Part shown: piece after piece, positions 61,832 to 64,000 of the stretch
Numbering within the stretch: the stretch's first letter is position 1
How the letters are laid out: each line of letters starts with the position of its first letter
NCBI GenBank assembly: GCA_937625935.1
Contig: OW569388.1
Span: 248,001-312,000 of the forward strand
From: Tetramitus jugosus
Lineage: Eukaryota; Protista; Heterolobosea
Length of the DNA: 64,000 bases
Direction of reading: 5' to 3'
Position numbers and translations under genes: made by a program
The notes under the pieces: generated by a model
What the model was told of the DNA's origin: nothing
Seen by the model: only the letters and a program-made list of their open reading frames with translations
Databases searched by the model: none

Positions 61832-64000
61832 ATGATGAAAATTCGAAGTGTTCATTCATGTGCAGGTCATTTCGCAGTCATGATCAATGATCAAAAAACA
61901 TGTTTCTTGTTGGATCATGTACCCAGTTCCATCTTGTCTTCTCAAACCAATGAATCCACTACTCTTCAACTGTTTAATGACTCTTTATTGACCATGAATG
62001 AAGAAACATCATCTTCTTCTTCTTCAAAATCGATTCATAATAATAATAACATTAGTAGTAGTAGTAGTCATAGTACTGTTCATACTAGCAGTAGCAGTAG
62101 TGGTAGTGGTAATAATAGTAATATGTTGAGTAAATCACCCAATAGTAATAGTAGCATGTCATCACTGTTGTTCTCAACAGGAAATTCCATGAAAAAAAAT
62201 TGGAACAAATTTTTAATGGGAAACAATAATAATAACAACAACAATAGTAACAATCATTCAATTGAAAATGCAACTCTTTTAAATTCTAATAATAATAATA
62301 ATAGTAATAATAATAGTAATATGGTTGAAAATGAACCATTGCGCATCTATTCCAATGGTTCTTCCTCCAATTCGATTCTGTGTTTTGGTGATGTGACTTG
62401 TCCGTTGATTTCCGTGTTTTTTCACACGAATAACAACTCTAGCAGTAGTAGTGCGAATAGTGCTAGACAATCAAGTAAAAGTGGTGAATCTGCTCATGTG
62501 AATGAATCAAATCAAGCATCAGGAGCACACCACATGGACACGTATTTGTTTGCGTTACAACAGAATGGAAATTTGTGGATTTGGCATTTTGATGAAGTGC
62601 TGTATGTGTGGAACAGTTGTGGATGTAGAAAATTGATTGATCTTTTTGCATCATCATCATCATCATCATCGAATCATCATAATAATAGTGGTGGTAGTGG
62701 TAGTAGTCGTAACGATAAATCGCATGTAAATAGACAGAGTGGTGATCGTGATGATGTGAGTGAAGAAGATATAAATAGTACGGAGAAGAGTGTGAGAATT
62801 TTGAATGCGGCGTTTGTACCGTCGCTTCAAAGATTGGTTTGGACTCAAATGACCACGTGTACTCGACGAAAGAAGAGTAGTACATCGAATAAGAATGATT
62901 CTGCTGATGCAATGATGATGAATGATTTGGAACAGAATAGTAGTGATGATGATGAAATGATGGAAAAGGACATTGTTGTTTCGGTGATGACGGCGATGCT
63001 AAAGTATGAAAAATCGTCGACTACTGCTGCAACATCATCGTCACCATTGTTTGATATTGGACCAGTGAGTGTCGTTCGAACGTGGAACTCTCTGCCGACG
63101 AGCAATGAAATGATCAGAGGTGACATGAGTCAGTGCGTTCTTGATCTTCAACCATCCAAGAATGGTTTCTGGATGTTTACACCAGACAACATTCAACATA
63201 TATCCTTGGATGTGGATGGTCATTATCCGTCATCTGTGGTTCCCGGTGTTCACATTCGCCATTTTGTTCAGTTCATGACCACCATCGAAACATTGAAACC
63301 AGCTCCTACTGTGACGCAGGCAGCTGATTCGAACTCTGAGTCAAGTGTTGATAACAATAGCAATCATCAGAATTCGACTACGCCGGATCAGTACTATGTG
63401 GCACATTATGTGCATCCTTCTTCGAGAGAACTCGTGTTGCTCGATATGAATTGCGAAGTTCATGTGATTGCTCCGTCAACCATGACTCAGACTGTACTCT
63501 CTGTTCGCAAGCTGAAGCAACCGATTACTCAGTTCTCCATTGACGAAAAAATTAATCTGTACAAGAAGTTGATTGTTCACTATGATCAAGCGAAGAAGTC
63601 GCCTGCAACGACACCCAATACAATCTTAACATTGAGAAAGCAGGCTGCTCAATGCCGACAAGGAACATTTGTAGAACTATTTTTCATGCATAATACGATA
63701 TTGAGCATTACTGATCAGGAGTCTATCACAATGTACGAGCCAAAAACCTGTGCTAAGCTAGGACAAGCACAACTACCAAATGAAATTGCTCTGGACGACA
63801 AATTTTACTCTCAAGCTGGTGCCAAGTCGATTGTTTGGCAATTCTATGGTCCAAATCAGAGACCGGGATTGTTTAGCAGCAGTGGTCTGTACTACATCAA
63901 GTGCCCACCCATGGCTGATCTCCTGAAGCAAACTGTTGATCAGTTGGCAGCTGTGTCTCCTGGTTGGAACATTCGAGATCATGATCTGTACCATATTGCC
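61832..64000 (+). CDS. large hypothetical protein with N/S-rich inserts (runs off the right edge; true start may lie upstream)
   Basis: Frame open from about 61690 to 64000 with ATG at 61832; beta-strand-rich segments (YLFALQQNGNLWIWHF, HPSSRELVLLD). Not in the track because it lacks a stop. Confidence 0.75.
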   Translation, partial: MMKIRSVHSCAGHFAVMINDQKTCFLLDHVPSSILSSQTNESTTLQLFNDSLLTMNEETSSSSSSKSIHNNNNISSSSSHSTVHTSSSSSGSGNNSNMLSKSPNSNSSMSSLLFSTGNSMKKNWNKFLMGNNNNNNNNSNNHSIENATLLNSNNNNNSNNNSNMVENEPLRIYSNGSSSNSILCFGDVTCPLISVFFHTNNNSSSSSANSARQSSKSGESAHVNESNQASGAHHMDTYLFALQQNGNLWIWHFDEVLYVWNSCGCRKLIDLFASSSSSSSNHHNNSGGSGSSRNDKSHVNRQSGDRDDVSEEDINSTEKSVRILNAAFVPSLQRLVWTQMTTCTRRKKSSTSNKNDSADAMMMNDLEQNSSDDDEMMEKDIVVSVMTAMLKYEKSSTTAATSSSPLFDIGPVSVVRTWNSLPTSNEMIRGDMSQCVLDLQPSKNGFWMFTPDNIQHISLDVDGHYPSSVVPGVHIRHFVQFMTTIETLKPAPTVTQAADSNSESSVDNNSNHQNSTTPDQYYVAHYVHPSSRELVLLDMNCEVHVIAPSTMTQTVLSVRKLKQPITQFSIDEKINLYKKLIVHYDQAKKSPATTPNTILTLRKQAAQCRQGTFVELFFMHNTILSITDQESITMYEPKTCAKLGQAQLPNEIALDDKFYSQAGAKSIVWQFYGPNQRPGLFSSSGLYYIKCPPMADLLKQTVDQLAAVSPGWNIRDHDLYHIA

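Noticed and set aside
1-64000. CRISPR array, rRNA or prokaryotic operon structure
   Set aside because: No regularly spaced repeats or rRNA-like sequence were seen; spliceosomal introns and tRNA-Ala(AGC) indicate a eukaryote.

Overview
Gene-dense eukaryotic genomic DNA from a protist. It uses the standard code, has a few short GT-AG introns and carries a tRNA-Ala(AGC). A NIT-cyclase-RGS fusion gene suggests a Naegleria-like heterolobosean (inference). About 30 protein genes are present. Housekeeping genes include TACO1/YebC, an ABCD transporter, CDC50, an HSL-family lipase, NSRP1, a DEAD-box helicase, a Cys/Met PLP lyase and TruA. There are two accessory regions. (1) At 1.2-9.1 kb: a bacterial-like GNAT, a divergent paralogue pair with one copy frameshifted, and, starting about 30 bp upstream of the tRNA, a stack of four non-LTR retroelement pieces. 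These are a 5'-truncated 3' end, an ORF1-only non-autonomous copy, an internally deleted RT copy and an inverted ORF1-only copy. Three of them share an AATAAA..GCAA..GTTGYAT-poly(A) end, and two carry a perfect hairpin just upstream of it. This resembles the tRNA-gene-targeted TRE5 elements of Dictyostelium and is the strongest candidate for an undescribed system. (2) At 14.8-25.9 kb: a tandem array of four single-pass receptors (beta-propeller + REJ/PKD-like modules, with or without a cleavage-dead GAIN/GPS domain) showing module swapping. Other unusual genes are a PPC-repeat protein with an ATG27/CD-MPR tail, a probable pseudo-cyclase, a Crinkler-type NTPase-REase with a C-terminal Ubl-like domain, and a small spliced protein ending in an Arp2/3-type acidic-Trp motif. 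All family assignments come from motif recognition by eye; no searches were run.
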